Shown here piece after piece: positions 1-12,670 of a stretch of DNA of 53,321 bases. Position 1 is the stretch's first letter; the number at the start of each line of letters is the position of its first letter. The notes beneath the pieces were generated by a model. It searched no databases and was not told the DNA's origin. It worked only from the letters and a program-made list of their open reading frames with translations. A program made the position numbers and the translations under genes. The stretch is from Chiloscyllium plagiosum (taxonomy: Eukaryota): assembly GCF_004010195.1 (NCBI RefSeq), contig NC_057718.1:8269552-8322872 (forward strand), read 5' to 3'.

Positions 1-900
1 GTCCTAGCCTCTCCTATTAGTGAAAACATCTTTTTCATATTTATTCTATCAATTCTCTCAATATTCTGTAAGTTTCAAAGAGATCTCCCTTATCCTTCTA
101 AACTCAAAGTCCAGAGTCAGAGACCTCAACTGTTCCTCATATGACAAACCCTTCATCTCCAGGATCATTCCTGTAAACCTTCTCCAATGCTAGTACATCC
201 GTATTAATATGCAGAGCCCAAAACTCCCTGAAACAAAAACATGAAACAAGATCAATTGCTGATACGAAAATATGCTTCTGATTTCACTCCTAATAATCAA
301 GCTCTATTTTTAATATTATCCCCTCCTTTTCCAAATTCATAAATTCAACACATTAATTTCTCTGTATTCTTCTAAACTCAAGGAATACTAGACTGGTTTA
401 TGTAATCAATCTTCATCATTTAACTATTTAAAGCACACTGGTATATTCTGCATGGTTCCCTTCCAAGGCTAGTACGCAGTTCCTGAGATTAGGCACCCAA
501 AACTGAATACAGTACTACAATCAGGATGTGCCCAAGAGTGCAAACTGAAACATTTCCTTATTTTTGAACCCTAGAACCTTGAGACAAAGATTAATGTCTA
601 TTAGTCTTTTTTATTATTTTTCTAAATAGCTTTTAGTGATTTGTACGCTTGAACACCCACATCTCTTTGCTCCTCTACAGCTTTGAGACTCTTATCATGA
701 AGAAAATATTCCAGTTGACTTTCTCAGATTTTAAGTAGATGACATCACACTTTCCTATACTGAAATTCCATTTGTAATAATTTTACTAACTCACTTAAAT
801 TCCCTCAATATTCCGTTGCAATTCTCTCCACCCACTCTCTCAAATTACTGTGCTTTAGTGTCACTTGCTGACTTGGATATGCTGCCCACCATTCTTTATT
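1..900 (-). mobile_element. Degraded CR1-type LINE fragments
   Basis: Motifs like reverse-strand CR1 3' regions elsewhere in the window (ttctaaactc, aactgaatacagtact, ctatactgaaattccatttg). No intact ORF. Confidence 0.55.
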
Positions 901-1294
901 CAAGCCACTATATTGCATGAAGAGCTGAAGCCACAGCCAAATCTCCTAGGAATACAACTTATCACATCCCTTTCAGAGTATGAATGTGTTATTCCTATTC
1001 CTCATCTTCAATTTCACAATAATTATTAGTTCAGATCACAAAATTATCCACTGTACTCTTGTTCTTGAGAATAACAGAGTCATAGTAAAGCTACAATGCA
1101 GATAAAGGCCACGCAACCCATTGTAATTGTGCTGCTGAATAAACTTGCTGCCCATTCTAATCCCACTGCCCCACATCTGACTTGTAACCTTGTAAGTTAC
1201 AGTGCTTACAGTAGTAGGTTTAACTTTAGAGTCTAGTGTATTCACTGTGTCTTTAAAAACATTGAAAGCACGGTTAGTCAGATATAACCTCAAG

Positions 1295-2841
1295 CAAAGG
1301 CCTTACGTTCATCCCCCTCCGTTCAGGCATCAACAAATTCAATACGCAGTATGACATCAAACACTTCTTCTGCCACCTCCATCTCCGAGCTTACTTTTTC
1401 AATCAACACTCCTGCCCATCTTCCAAGGACCCCTTCTCCCACCTCCAACACATTCCACCCACCTGGACACCCCATGCTGACCTATCACCCGCCCTCGACC
1501 TCTTCATTTCCAACTGCCACATTCCACTCCGACCTTAAGTTCACCTGGACCATCTCCGATACCTCTCCCCCTTTCCTGGACCTCTCCATCTCCATCAACG
1601 GTAACTGACTCAATACTGACATTTTCTACAAACCCACCGACTTCCACAGCTACCTGGATTACACCTCCTCCCAACCAATCTCCTGCAAAAATGCTATCCC
1701 GTATTCCCAATTCATCCGCCTCCTCCGTATCTGCTCCCAGGCGGACCAGTTCCACCACAGAACACACCAGATGGCCTCCTCCTTTAAAAACCACAATTTT
1801 CCCCTCCCACATCGTTGGTGAGATCCAGTGCATCTCACCCACGTCCCGCACCTCCACCTTCGAATCCCACCCCTCCAACCGCAACAAGGACAGAACATAC
1901 AGGTCCTCACATTCCACCCCACCAAACTTCGTACACATCGCATCATCCTCCGCCATTTCTGCCACCTAGAAATGGACCCCACCAACAGAAATATTTTTCC
2001 CTCCCCACCTCTATCTACTTTCCGTAATGACTATTCCCTCTGTGACTACCTCGTCAAGTCCACTTCACCCGCCAACAACCCACCCTCCCCTCCCCTCCCG
2101 GCACCTTCCCCTGCCACCGCAGGAAATGCAAAACCTGCGCCCACGCCTCCCCCCTCACCTCTGTCCAAGGTCCCAATAGAGCCTTCCACATCCATCAAAG
2201 TTTCACCTGCACTTCCACACATGTCATTTACTGCATCTGTTACTCATGATACGGTCGCTTCTACATTGGGGAGACAGGATGCCTACTCACAGAACGCTTT
2301 AGGGAACATCTCTGGGACACCCATACCAGTCAACCCCACCACCCCGTGGCTGAACACTTCAACTCACCCTCCCACTCCGCCAAGAACATGCAGGTCCCGG
2401 ACCTCCTCCATCGCCACTCGCTTACCACCCGATGCCTGGAGGAAGAACACCTCATCTTTTGCCTCAAAACCCTCCAACCCCATGGCACCAATGTGGATTT
2501 CATCAGTTTCCTATTTCCCCATCCCCCCACCTTACCCCAGTTCCAACCTTCCAGCTCAGCACCATTCTCATGACCTGTCCCATCGGTCCATCTTCCTTCC
2601 CACCCATCTGCACCACCTTCTCCTCTGACCCATCACCCTCACCCCCACTTCCATCCATCTCAGCTACCTCCCCTGACCATTTATCTCTCCACCCCCGAAG
2701 CTCCCAGCTTCGTTCCTGATGAAGGGCTTTTGCCCGAAACGTCGATTTTCCTGCTCATCGGATGCTGCCTGACCTGCTGTGTTTTTCCAGCACCACACTC
2801 TTGACTCTAACCTCCAGCATCTGCAGTCCTCACTTTGGCCT
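1295..2841 (+). mobile_element. Penelope-like element (Neptune-type), internally deleted, with RT C-terminus, GIY-YIG endonuclease and 3' repeat
   Basis: Frameshifted peptides SKGLTFIP..., LKFTWTISDTSPPFLDLSI, DIFYKPTD..SYLDYTS..NAIPYSQFIRLLRICS, Cys motif CHRRKCKTC and VIYCI..FYIGETG..ERFREH. Flanked by agatataacctcaag (1280-1294) and agatattgcctcaag (2842-2856), a 13/15 TSD. Confidence 0.9.
2716..2745 (+). ncRNA. Minimal type I hammerhead ribozyme-like motif in PLE terminal repeat
   Basis: CTGATGA-A-GGGC-TTTT-GCCC-GAAA-CGTC: both core boxes, a 4-bp stem II, palindromic ACGT and a GUC triplet. Confidence 0.75.
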
Positions 2842-3689
2842 AGATATTGCCTCAAGTCTCTTTGATCATTCACTGGTGTCCAAATGCTGTCACTCTGTTT
2901 CAGATGATAGCCCCCCAGTAATCTACCCATACGGAGTTTTATCTACCAGAACAAGTTTGTACTGTGGTTATGTGACCACTAAAAACTGACAGACTGCTCA
3001 ATTTAAACGGATGATAACAACAGAACGAAACAGTATGTACTCAGTGTTGAGAAGAACAATAAGTTCAGAAATAAATGAAATCGTATTAACAGTTAAAATG
3101 AACCATCTGGGAAATCACTGAATTACAGCATAACAATGCACTTGATAGTATGACCATTTTTCAAGATCGACTTTGGCTAATAATTAGCTAAATGAAGCAG
3201 TGGTTTAGTTGGGTTAATTATCTACATTTCTATTTGGGACATGTGGTTTAAATAATTGAGACCCGCACTGCAGCTCAATAAGTGCTCCTTTCCTCCAGAT
3301 GGCCAGCTTCAGCAAAACAAATTGGTTGGTTCGAAAATTCTGACAACTCACTCGTGGTAAACAAGCTTGAATCAAAAACAATCCTCTTCAGGGATACAAA
3401 TTACTCACTGGAGAACTCAGAGGAAAATCATCGATCAGGGAACTGGATTGCCTTGGTTCATTTTCAGGCCAAATGAAATACAAAGTTCTCTTAATAATCT
3501 TATACATCTACTAAATTTATACAAGGATACGTAAACATCAATTTGACTTGGTAAAGAGCAGATCCTGCAAATAACTTGCAACAAAATGAAGAAATTAATA
3601 ACCTTGAATATGCCAAAACCTCAGTTGGGCCATTCTACTCTGGTTGAAAAATAGCCCAGTTTCCGAATGTGAGGAGACATGGGGGATGA

Positions 3690-4175
3690 TGACATAAGGA
3701 GTCTGCAGAGGGATACGGAACAAGTTGAATGTGAGACTATGTGCTTTGGCAAGAAAGATCGAGGAACTAAATATTTAAATGGTGAAAGACTGCAGAAAGC
3801 TGCAGCACAAAGGCAGCCTTCATATGTCACAAAACATTGGCATTTAAGCTCAATAGGTAATAAGGCAGGCAAGTTCAACAGGTAATAGGCAAGGTACATG
3901 GAATATTCGCCTTAACTTCAAACAGAATGGAATGCAAAACAGGGAAGTCTTATTGAAACGATACAAAGCAATAGTTAGATAACACCTAGAATATTGTGAA
4001 CAGTTTTGGTTTCATTGTCCAAGGAGAGATGTTCTTGTATGGGAAGTAGTCCACAGGCGGTTTGACTATGTCGATCCTAAGTCTTCTGAAGCCAAGTTCA
4101 GTAGCTTGGGCCTGTATTCATTGTAATTAAGAAGAATGAGCAGCGAATATATTGAAACATATGAAGCTTTTAGGA
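3690..4175 (+). mobile_element. Degraded CR1 LINE fragment (RT C-terminal region)
   Basis: Peptide remnants SLQRDT..., KYLNGERLQK and ..LEYCEQFW resemble the CR1 copy at 45585-47087. Confidence 0.7.
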
Positions 4176-4224
4176 GCGGAAAGGGCTGCTGCATGATTCC
4201 CTTCTCTATCCAATCTCAGGTCCA

Positions 4225-4800
4225 CAAGATTTAAAAACTGGAAGCAGCAGTAGGTCAGTTAAGCCTTTAAGCCCGCTCTGCCATTCAACAGGATCATAGC
4301 TGTTCTCCTACTTTCTTTCCATTGATCCTTGATGCATTTAATAACTAAACAGTTGGCTTTTTTGAATATACTCAGTGACTCAGCCTCCACAGCCTTCTAT
4401 GGTTGTGAATTCCACAGGTTGACTGCCCTCTGAGTGAAGAAATATTTCCTCGTCTCAGTCCTAAATGGCCTACCTATATATTCTGAGATTGTGACCTGAT
4501 TTGAGGCTTTCCAACCAGAGGAAACATCCTCTCTACATCTAGTCTATGAATGCCTTTCATCTTCCTAAAGTCTAGTGAATACAGGCCTAGTCAAATCAAT
4601 CTCCCCTCATACAGCAGTCCTGTCTTTCTTGGTATTAGTTGAGTGAACTTTTGCTGCATTCCTTCTGTAGGAAACATATCTCCTCAAGTTAGAAGACCAA
4701 AACTATACAAAATACTCCAGGTGTCTCACATTCTATAACTGCAGTAAGATATCATTGTTTCTGAACTCGAAATGAAGGCCAATATAAGTTGCCTTAGAGT
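4225..4800 (-). mobile_element. CR1 LINE 3' end fragment
   Basis: Reverse-strand CR1 3' motifs (cagcctccacagcc..gaattccacagg..ccctctgagtgaagaaat; aaatactccaggtg). Confidence 0.7.
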
Positions 4801-4804
4801 TATG

Positions 4805-5116
4805 ATTAGATTACCTACAGTATGGAAACAGGCCCTTCAGCCAAACAAGTCCATACCGACCCTCCGAAGAGTAACCCACCCACACCGATTCCCCATATGT
4901 ACCCCTGACTAATGCACTAACACTATGGGCAATTTAGCATGGCTAATTCACCTAACCTGCACATTTTTGGATTGTGGGAGGAAACCGGAGCACCTGGAGG
5001 AAACCCACGCAGACACGGGGAGAATGTGCAAACTCCACACAGTCGCCTGAGACTGGAATTGAACCCAGGTCCCTGTCGCTGTGAGGCAGCAGTGATAACC
5101 AATGAGCCACCGTGCC
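4805..5116 (-). mobile_element. HE1 SINE (tRNA-derived V-SINE)
   Basis: Reverse complement of tRNA-like head, V-domain (ggagtttgcacattctccccgtgtctgcgtgggtttcctcc) and CR1-like tail (gggcctgtttcca..taatct). Confidence 0.92.
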
Positions 5117-7380
5117 ATTATTTACCCCATTCTTGCTTGTCTACTTTCATTGGCCGCAACACAAGGACACCTAGGTCCATTTGTACATCCACTCCTAATA
5201 TATCACCATTTTTAATGAAACGTTACCATTCTAGTTTTTGACAGGCTTTTGAACAGGTTTTCAAGTTGCTTTTGTTTCAATCAAGAGTGCAGAAGGTCAT
5301 GCTAGGAACAGCACCAGATATAAGAACAAAATCAAGAGTTAACCTGTAACACAGGACTACCTGCAAGCTAAACAATATTAGCAGAAACTGATAAGTGGGA
5401 TAAACAATTCCACAATAATTGGATGAGATCCAAGATCAGCAGTCCTGCCACCCCAGCATGAATGATCATGGATGATTAAATAACTCACTGCAGGAGAACA
5501 CTCCACAAATATCCCTATACGCATCAGCACGAAAGACAAAGCTGAAGTGGATGATCCATCTCAGCTTCCTCCAAAGATGCCGATAGCACTGATGACAGTC
5601 TGCAGCCAATTCAATTCTCTCCAGAAAATATCAAGAAATAGCTGAAGGCACTGGATACTGAAAAAGCTATGGGCTCTGTTAGCATTCTGGCAATAGTACT
5701 GAAAACTCATGCTCCAGAACTTGCCATGTCTCTAGCCAAGCTGTTCCAATACAGCTACAACAATGCCCTACATAGAAAACTACCTCGGGATGTCATGTAT
5801 ACAAAAAAGCAAGGTAAATACAACTTGGCCTATTACTGCCTTATCGGTTTGGTCTCAAGGCACTATTCAAGAAATAATAGGGGTCATCAACAGTTTTATC
5901 ACATACCAGTTGCTTTGTAAAAACCTTTTCACTGAAGCTCAGTCTGGGTTCTGCCAAGGCCACTCAGCTCCTGACCTCACTACAGCTTTTCTTGAAACGT
6001 GGACAATGGAGCTGAACTCCACAAGTGAGGTGGGAGTCGCTGTCCTTATATCAAGGTGGCATTTGATCACACTTGGCATTAAAGAGCTCTCTATAATCTA
6101 GAGTCAATGAGTATCAAGGAAGAAACACTCTATTGGTTGGAGTCATACATGGCACTTACAGGGGATGGTTGTGATAGTTGGAGGTCAGTCATCTCGGTTC
6201 GAGGACAACTCTGCATCAGTTCCTCAGTGTAGTTCCCTTGGCCCATCCGTGTTCAGTTGCTTCATAAGATGCGAAGTAGGGATATTCACTATGGTTGCAT
6301 AATGTTCTGTGCCATTTGCAATTCCTGAGGTACTGATGCAGTTCATGTCTAAATGCAGCAGAACCTGGACAATGTCTATGTTTGGGCTGACAACAATTAC
6401 AACATAAGACATAGCAGTAAAGTCTTTGAATGCAGAGCATTCAATGAGAACATGGCTGATAATCCTCAAATCCACTTTCCTGCCTTTTCCCCATAATGTA
6501 TAATTGTCTTATTGATTAAATTCTATTGCAGCCTTGAATAAATCTAACAAATTAGCCTCAACAGCCCTCTGCGGTAAAGAATTCCACAGACTTGCTACTC
6601 TCTGAGAAGAAATTCCTTCTCACCTCTGTTTTAAATGCATGACCTTAGTCTGGGATTCAATAGGTTTTCTCTCATTCATTTAAATTCTAATACATACAGG
6701 ACCAACCTACCTGATGTCTCCTCATAAAACAGTCCCTCCATACCTGGTATCAATCTAGTGAACCTTCTCTAGAGAGTCTCAAATACCAGTATATCTTTCC
6801 AGAGATGAAGGGCCCAAGACTGTTCTTAGTCTGTCTAGTACCTTGTAGAGTTTAGGAAAGCTTCCCTATTTTTATACTCCATTCCCTTTGAAATAAAGGT
6901 CTTCATTCCACTTGCTGTTAGCCACTGAGCTTGGATGCTATCTTTTTGAGACTCATCATTGAGGACTCAGAAATCACTCTTATTGTGCACCTTTCTGCAG
7001 TCTTTTTCCATTTAAGGTCCTCTATTCTTCTTGCCAAAGTGCATAGCATCACATTTCCCCCCATCATATTCTTCATAGCAAGTTTTTCCCACTCACTTTA
7101 TCAGTTGCTATCCCTCTGCAGATTCAATTATCCTTACCACCTGTCTTCCACTTGTCATCTGCAAAGTTGGCTGTAGTTCACTCACTTTCCTCATCCAAAT
7201 TATTACAAGTATTAGAAATAATTGCAATCTCAGCACTGATAACTGTGACATTCCACTAGTTATAAATGCCATCTGGAAAATGCCCCTTTTATCCCAACTC
7301 TATTTTCTATTAGTTAGCCAATCATCTATCCATGCTAATACACTACCTCCAATACCATGGATGCTTATCTTATTAAGTAG

Positions 7381-7493
7381 ACAAGCAGGAGGTTGGGAGA
7401 ACACAGCAAGCCAGGCAGGATCAGGAGGTGGAGAAGTTGACGTTTAGGGTGAAACCCTTCTTCAGAAACGTTGACTTCTCCACCTCCTGATGC
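7381..7493. mobile_element. PLE terminal-repeat fragment with inverted duplication (fold-back)
   Basis: Arms 7420-7445 and 7466-7491 are reverse complements at 24/26 positions. The minus strand carries CTGAAGA-A-GGGT-TTC-ACCC-TAAA-CGTC, a hammerhead with a mutated GAAA box. Confidence 0.75.
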
Positions 7494-7523
7494 TCCTCAT
7501 TTATCTATCCCGCGTGTTACCTT

Positions 7524-7748
7524 TAGATTAGATTAGATTACATTACATTACATTACAGCGTGGAAACAGGCCCTTCGGCCCAACAAGTCCACACCGACCC
7601 GCCGAAGCGCAACCCACCCATGCCCCTACATTCCCTTATCTAACACTACGGGCAATTTAGCATGGCCAATTCACCTGACCTGCACATCTTTGGACTGTGG
7701 GAGGAAACCGGAGCACCCGGAGGAAACCCACACAGACACAGGGAGAAC
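7524..7748 (-). mobile_element. HE1 SINE, 5'-truncated, young subfamily with (GTAAT)n(CTAAT)n tail
   Basis: Very similar to the 3' part of the HE1 at 36736-37041; lacks the tRNA head. Confidence 0.92.
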
Positions 7749-8789
7749 CTCTTCAAAGGATTCCAGTAAAGTTGTCAGGCATGATTTCTTCTTCAAATGG
7801 CAAGTAACATTTGTACCAAACAATGACCATCACCAACAAAAGAAAATGCAACTATCACCCCTGACATTAAATGACATTACCATAGCTGAATTCCCTGCTA
7901 TCAGCAGACCAACATCCTGGTGATTACCAGACCAGAAACTGAACTGGACTAACCATATAAATACTACGGCTGCAAGGGCAGGTCTGAAACTAAAATTTCT
8001 GCTGCAAGTAACTGATCTTCTGACTCTTCATGTATTTGGCACAAGTCAGTGTACATGGAATACAGTACATGGAATACTCCCAATTGCTTGCATAAATGCA
8101 CCTCCAACATCAGTCAAGAGACTTGACACCATCCAGGAGAAAGCAATCCACTTGACTGGAACCACATCCACGAACATTTGTGCTCTCCACCAGTGATGCA
8201 CAGTGGCAGCAGTCTGTGCCAACTACAAAACACTCCACAGAAATTCGGCAATGTTGCACAGCACTTTCCAAACCAATGACAGGTACCATCTAGATATATA
8301 GTATACAATAATGCCACCACTTGCAAGTCCCATCCAGTCCATTCACCATCTGGACTTGGGTTAAAATCCTAGAATTATCTCCTTAACAGCACCGTTAGTG
8401 CACATACAGAAATGGACAGCAACAATTGAAGAAGTTAGCCTGACACTGACCTTTCAAGAGCGAGTGGGGATGGATACTAAATGCTGGCTCAGCCAGTGAG
8501 ACCACATCTCAAAACTTCTCAAAAAACTGAATCATACTTTTGAGTTGTTGATCTATTGATAGTAAGAAAATTTTGAACACTGAGGCTTAATTTAGGAGGT
8601 AGCATAGAACTTAGGTAGACACTTATGCAATACTGACAGAAATATGGCACTATAACAACTGCTGTCATTTGGATGGGATGACAGATGGAAACTCCCTGCA
8701 CTTGCTTTAATGACTTCAGGGAGGCAAAGATCTAGCACCAGAGATTAGTTCTCTCCAGTTTCTCAGCTAGTTGTCAGATCAACGGAAGG

Positions 8790-8890
8790 GTTTTGAGGAA
8801 GGGTCATATGACCTGAAATGTTAACTCTATTTTTTCTCCACAGATACCTCCAGATCTGCTGAGCTTTTCCAGTAATTTATGTTTTTGTTT
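8790..8890 (+). mobile_element. Degenerate PLE terminal repeat with decayed hammerhead-like motif
   Basis: TTGAGGA-A-GGGTCA-TA-TGACCT-GAAA-TGTT followed by ..cagatctgctgagcttttccag, as in other PLE repeats. Confidence 0.55.
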
Positions 8891-10822
8891 GCATCCCAGT
8901 TCGTTCATTTTTTAAGTTAGGTTGGATCAAAGCGTCTGCTCTGCTTCTTCAAACCAGCAACAGATGCCAATCTTGATTTAGTTGTAATGCTACCACCTCT
9001 TGAGTCAGAAAATTGGCATCCAACGCAGCAAATGTAACTCATTCTATGTGAAGAACTTTGAGATATTTGAAACAGCAGGCAAGACACTACTATCCTTGAG
9101 TTTCGTTTTTAAATGGTAGAGAAACAGAAATAGCACAATTCGAATATAATCACATCTCTCTTCCAGCGAGAATTACCCTTCAACATCTTTAATAAACTCA
9201 ATTACACATGGCCAGAGATGCTGATAGCACCTTTCAGGCCACTGTTAATACAGTCCTGATATCATTTCTGCCACACTCTTGCTGTGTGGATCAATACTAT
9301 TGTAGGAACTTAGTGTTGCAGGAGTTTTGGATCCCTTGTTGCAAGACTAGTTTGCTTGCTCAAATGAATATTAATTTCTTTCCCTCAAAAAGCAATTATA
9401 GATAAGCATGAAAGAAGCACTGTAATGTAGTGAATTGTGTTGACAGATACTTTCCTGGGTTTTCAATAAACCAAACACAGTAGGGCCCTACAACATTAAA
9501 AAAAAACATGTTCAGGTTAAAAAAAATCTATCATAACCATTCACCACGCAACATACATTGTACCCACTGAGTAATGTTACACTTTCAGCCCATTTTCCCC
9601 TTGTGACCTATTCGTAGACTTGACCTACTTAAAACATCCCAATGCAAGAATAATGCCTCTTTTGATATTGAACTTGTACCACAGCAGGACACTTGAACTT
9701 CAAATGTGTTCATGGGTGAATGGCAGGCCATTTCAAAACCTCAAAACTTTAAAATGTTCCATTTACATCTCATGAAGGTATATTATTGCTTGAACAACCA
9801 AATCCATTGAGCTGATCAATGTCATTGCATCATTTATTTTAACTCAACTCCATACAACATTAAACACCCGATGTTTTATTTGGTTGCTTCACATTTTCCT
9901 AACTGCTTACCGCTCTGTGGATGAGGACACTTAGTGTCACAGCTGCTCATCGACAGCAGGCAGTGAGAGCTTATACTGGGAACAGGAGTCCCAACGTACT
10001 TAATGTTGAACAAGTTCATGGATACAGCTGCATTGAACCTGCTTTGCCCAAATTCTTGCACAGTGTAATGGAAAAACATCTTTTCATTTCCAACTTAAAT
10101 AGAAAAGGAAGTTTCCTTCATTTTATTTTTGTTTCTGATTTAAAGCTGTTTTTTATTTAATGAAATGCTGTGAAAATTAATAAAAAGTGCCACTTTATTT
10201 TTGTTGGAAATAGAAGTCTTAAAGGCATAAAAGGGCCATACTTCAAGCCTTTACTGCATCAATCTGTTTCACATCAAATGCAAAGAATCTAAAACACTTT
10301 TCTTACAATAATCCATTTAAATAAAGTACAAACAAGATTGTAATATTGAATAAGATATTAGGATTCGATTTATAGCATGTTGAATGCTTTTGTCAGTTAA
10401 AGTAGATTTATTGATGTGTATCTCTGCATGTACACAATGTGAGTTGGCTGATCAGGTTGAACAACATTGTGCAGAACGTCTTACTTACATGGTTAATCTC
10501 ATTTCCAAATGTCAATCACAAATAATCTGAAGGTCCATTGTAAACAAGCTAATGCTGACAGGGGCCTGACTAACAGGCTTTCTTTACATCCTTCATTAAT
10601 GGACCCAAAAAATCAATGCTATTGAAAACAGAAAGAACTCTGCTCCAGCATAGAACCAACTCTGCTGTGTTGTGCTACACTTGGGCATAGATTAGGATTA
10701 AATAAAAACTTGTACTCATTTTGTGCTTTTAGTAGAATGACTATTTCAACTCACTTTGATGATCAAATTTAGAAATAAGAGTAGATCATCCAGCATAGAG
10801 TCAATTTTCCATTTTATAAAAT

Positions 10823-11110
10823 GCCTACCATGTGGAAGCAGGTCATCAAGTCCACACCAACCTTGCCAAGAGCATCCCACCCAGACCCACCCTTCTACCT
10901 TGTCCCTGTAATCCTGTATTTCTCATGGCTGATCCACCTAACCTGCACAGCTTTGGAGTGTGGAAGGAAACCAGAGCACCGGGGGAAAACCCATGCAGAC
11001 GTGGAGAGAACGTGCAAACTCCAATCAATTAGTCACCTGAGGCTGGAACCGAACCTGGGTCCCTGATGCTATCAGGCAGCAATACTAACCACAGAGCCAT
11101 TGCGCCATCC
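10823..11110 (-). mobile_element. HE1 SINE (diverged)
   Basis: V-domain and tRNA head in reverse orientation. Confidence 0.88.
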
Positions 11111-11339
11111 AATTAAATAAAAAAACAAACATATATTGATATAGCACCTCTGTGATCATTCTGTGATCTTAAAAAGGAGGTGGAAGCAGAGCCTTTGAAT
11201 CTTTTTAACGCAGAGCTACACAGATTCTTAAATAGGCAAGTGGAAGATGATTGGGGGAATGTGGAGTAACCCTCATATAACTGATAGGTGGAGCAGGCTT
11301 GAGGGGAGAGTGGCCTACTCCTGCCACAAATGTGTCTTT

Positions 11340-11955
11340 TTGAATGGATTTATTTGTTGTCCTGTGTATTTTGTTATAAAATACAGTGAAAAGTATTATA
11401 TAGTGCTGCCATTCTCCAGCACCACCTTAAAACACAGAAAAATAAACCATAGAATATAAAGGCAGGAAAATAAAGAAACAAAGACCAACTTTACAGTCCT
11501 TCTGGTTAAGTACTCCGTCATGGGCCTGATGGACAGGCATGAGTCCCCTTCACCATGCTGCAACCTCATGCACAAATATCACCCCTCTTCGATGCCATCT
11601 TACCCCCAATGACACCCTCGCCATTATGAGTTCTCACTGGACTTGGCCAATGCCACCGGGTACCGCAGTACCCCAAACTCACCTGTGCCGCAGCAGTCAC
11701 GAGTCGGCACTAGGACAGCTTCATTGCTGAAGAAGCCACCGGGAACCCAAACTCACCTTCCACACCGCCACGAGTCTGCGCAGGACTCGCTTGCTGCCAC
11801 CAATGCTGTCACTGCAACTGAGCTATTCAACAAGAGGTAAGTAAAACAAAAAAGGAAAGAACAAAAAAAAGAGAGAAATGAGAAGAAATGAAAAGAAAAG
11901 CCTTTGGAGTGGACAAGGCCCAGCCTCTCAAGCCCAACTCCACTGCCTTTTTATC
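11340..11955 (-). repeat. Unclassified non-coding interspersed repeat with Rex1-like 3' tail (second copy at about 51880-52200)
   Basis: Shares cttaaaacacag, caactttacagtccttct and catgggcctgatgg.caggcatgagtc with the 51.9-kb copy. Confidence 0.65.
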
Positions 11956-12249
11956 GATGTATATATTTTGTATATATTACTGACTGTTCAACACCCGACT
12001 CACTGTACTGAATAGTAGAATTTTAAAAAGCTACACTAAAGTTTCCCAGTCTTTTCCATATATTAATACAAAGAAAACTAGGCGATTTAGTCCCCAAGCC
12101 TGTTCCACCATTTCATTATTATCACTGCTGATATTTTTTTTTAAACTCTAACTACCTGACTTGGTCCTTGTAACGCCTAATCCCCTTGACTGACAACTAA
12201 GGCTGGGTGAAGAGACAGGCTTTAGTGGGAAGACTGGACGATATACAGA

Positions 12250-12670
12250 ATCAGGTGTGGGGTACAGAAGTTGGGACTCTACTCTCTGGAGTTGAGAAGA
12301 ATGAGAGGAGATTGCATTGAAACATATGGGATTCTTAAGGGGCCTGACAGGGTAAATGCTGAGAGGATGCTCCTTCTCATGGGACAATCTCAGAATAAAA
12401 GGATGCCAATTTAAGACTGAGGTGAGGAGGAATTTCTTCCCTCAGAGGGTGAGTCTTTGGAACTCCTTGCCACAGAGAGCCGTGGGGGCAGAGTCCTTGT
12501 GTATATTTAAGGCTGAGAGATTGATTCTTGATCAGTGGAGAAACCAAGGGTCATGGGGAAAGCACAGGAAAGTGGACATGAGGAATGCTGGATGACTCAT
12601 GATCTTATTGAATGGCAGAGCAGGTTCAAGCAGCCAAATGGTCTACTCATCTCCCTTTTCCTTGTGATCT
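12250..12670 (+). mobile_element. CR1 LINE 3' end
   Basis: Peptide LRIKGCQFKTEVRRNFFPQRVSLWNSLP is a typical CR1 ORF2 C-terminus; followed by the 3' UTR. Confidence 0.85.

Larger units (their letters stand above)
6430..7790 (-). mobile_element. CR1 LINE fragment nested in the older LINE
   Basis: Reverse-strand CR1 motifs (cctcaacagccctctgcggtaaagaattccacag; tgtcatctgcaaa = FADD region). Itself interrupted by a PLE hairpin and an HE1. Confidence 0.7.
5420..8510 (+). mobile_element. Old CR1/L2-clade LINE split into two parts (about 5420-6393 and 7795-8510) by nested insertions
   Basis: RT remnants (LKTHAPELAMSLAKLFQYSY; QSGFCQGHSAPDL). The left part ends ..gggctgacaa and the right part resumes at aatggcaagtaacattt. 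The 3' end is aaatgctggctcagccagtgagaccacatc. Confidence 0.7.

Noticed and set aside
1828..2628. 266-aa proline-rich ORF as a host gene
   Set aside because: It is a frameshifted read-through of the C-rich PLE.
3409..3507. In-frame 99-nt candidate cassette exon (MYKIIKRTLYFIWPENEPRQSSSLIDDFPLSSP, minus strand)
   Set aside because: Good GTGAGT donor but poor polypyrimidine tract, no similarity to VTA1 exon 5, and it would interrupt a conserved domain.
8051..8077. Tandem duplication gtacatggaatac
   Set aside because: Trivial slippage duplication within a dead LINE.
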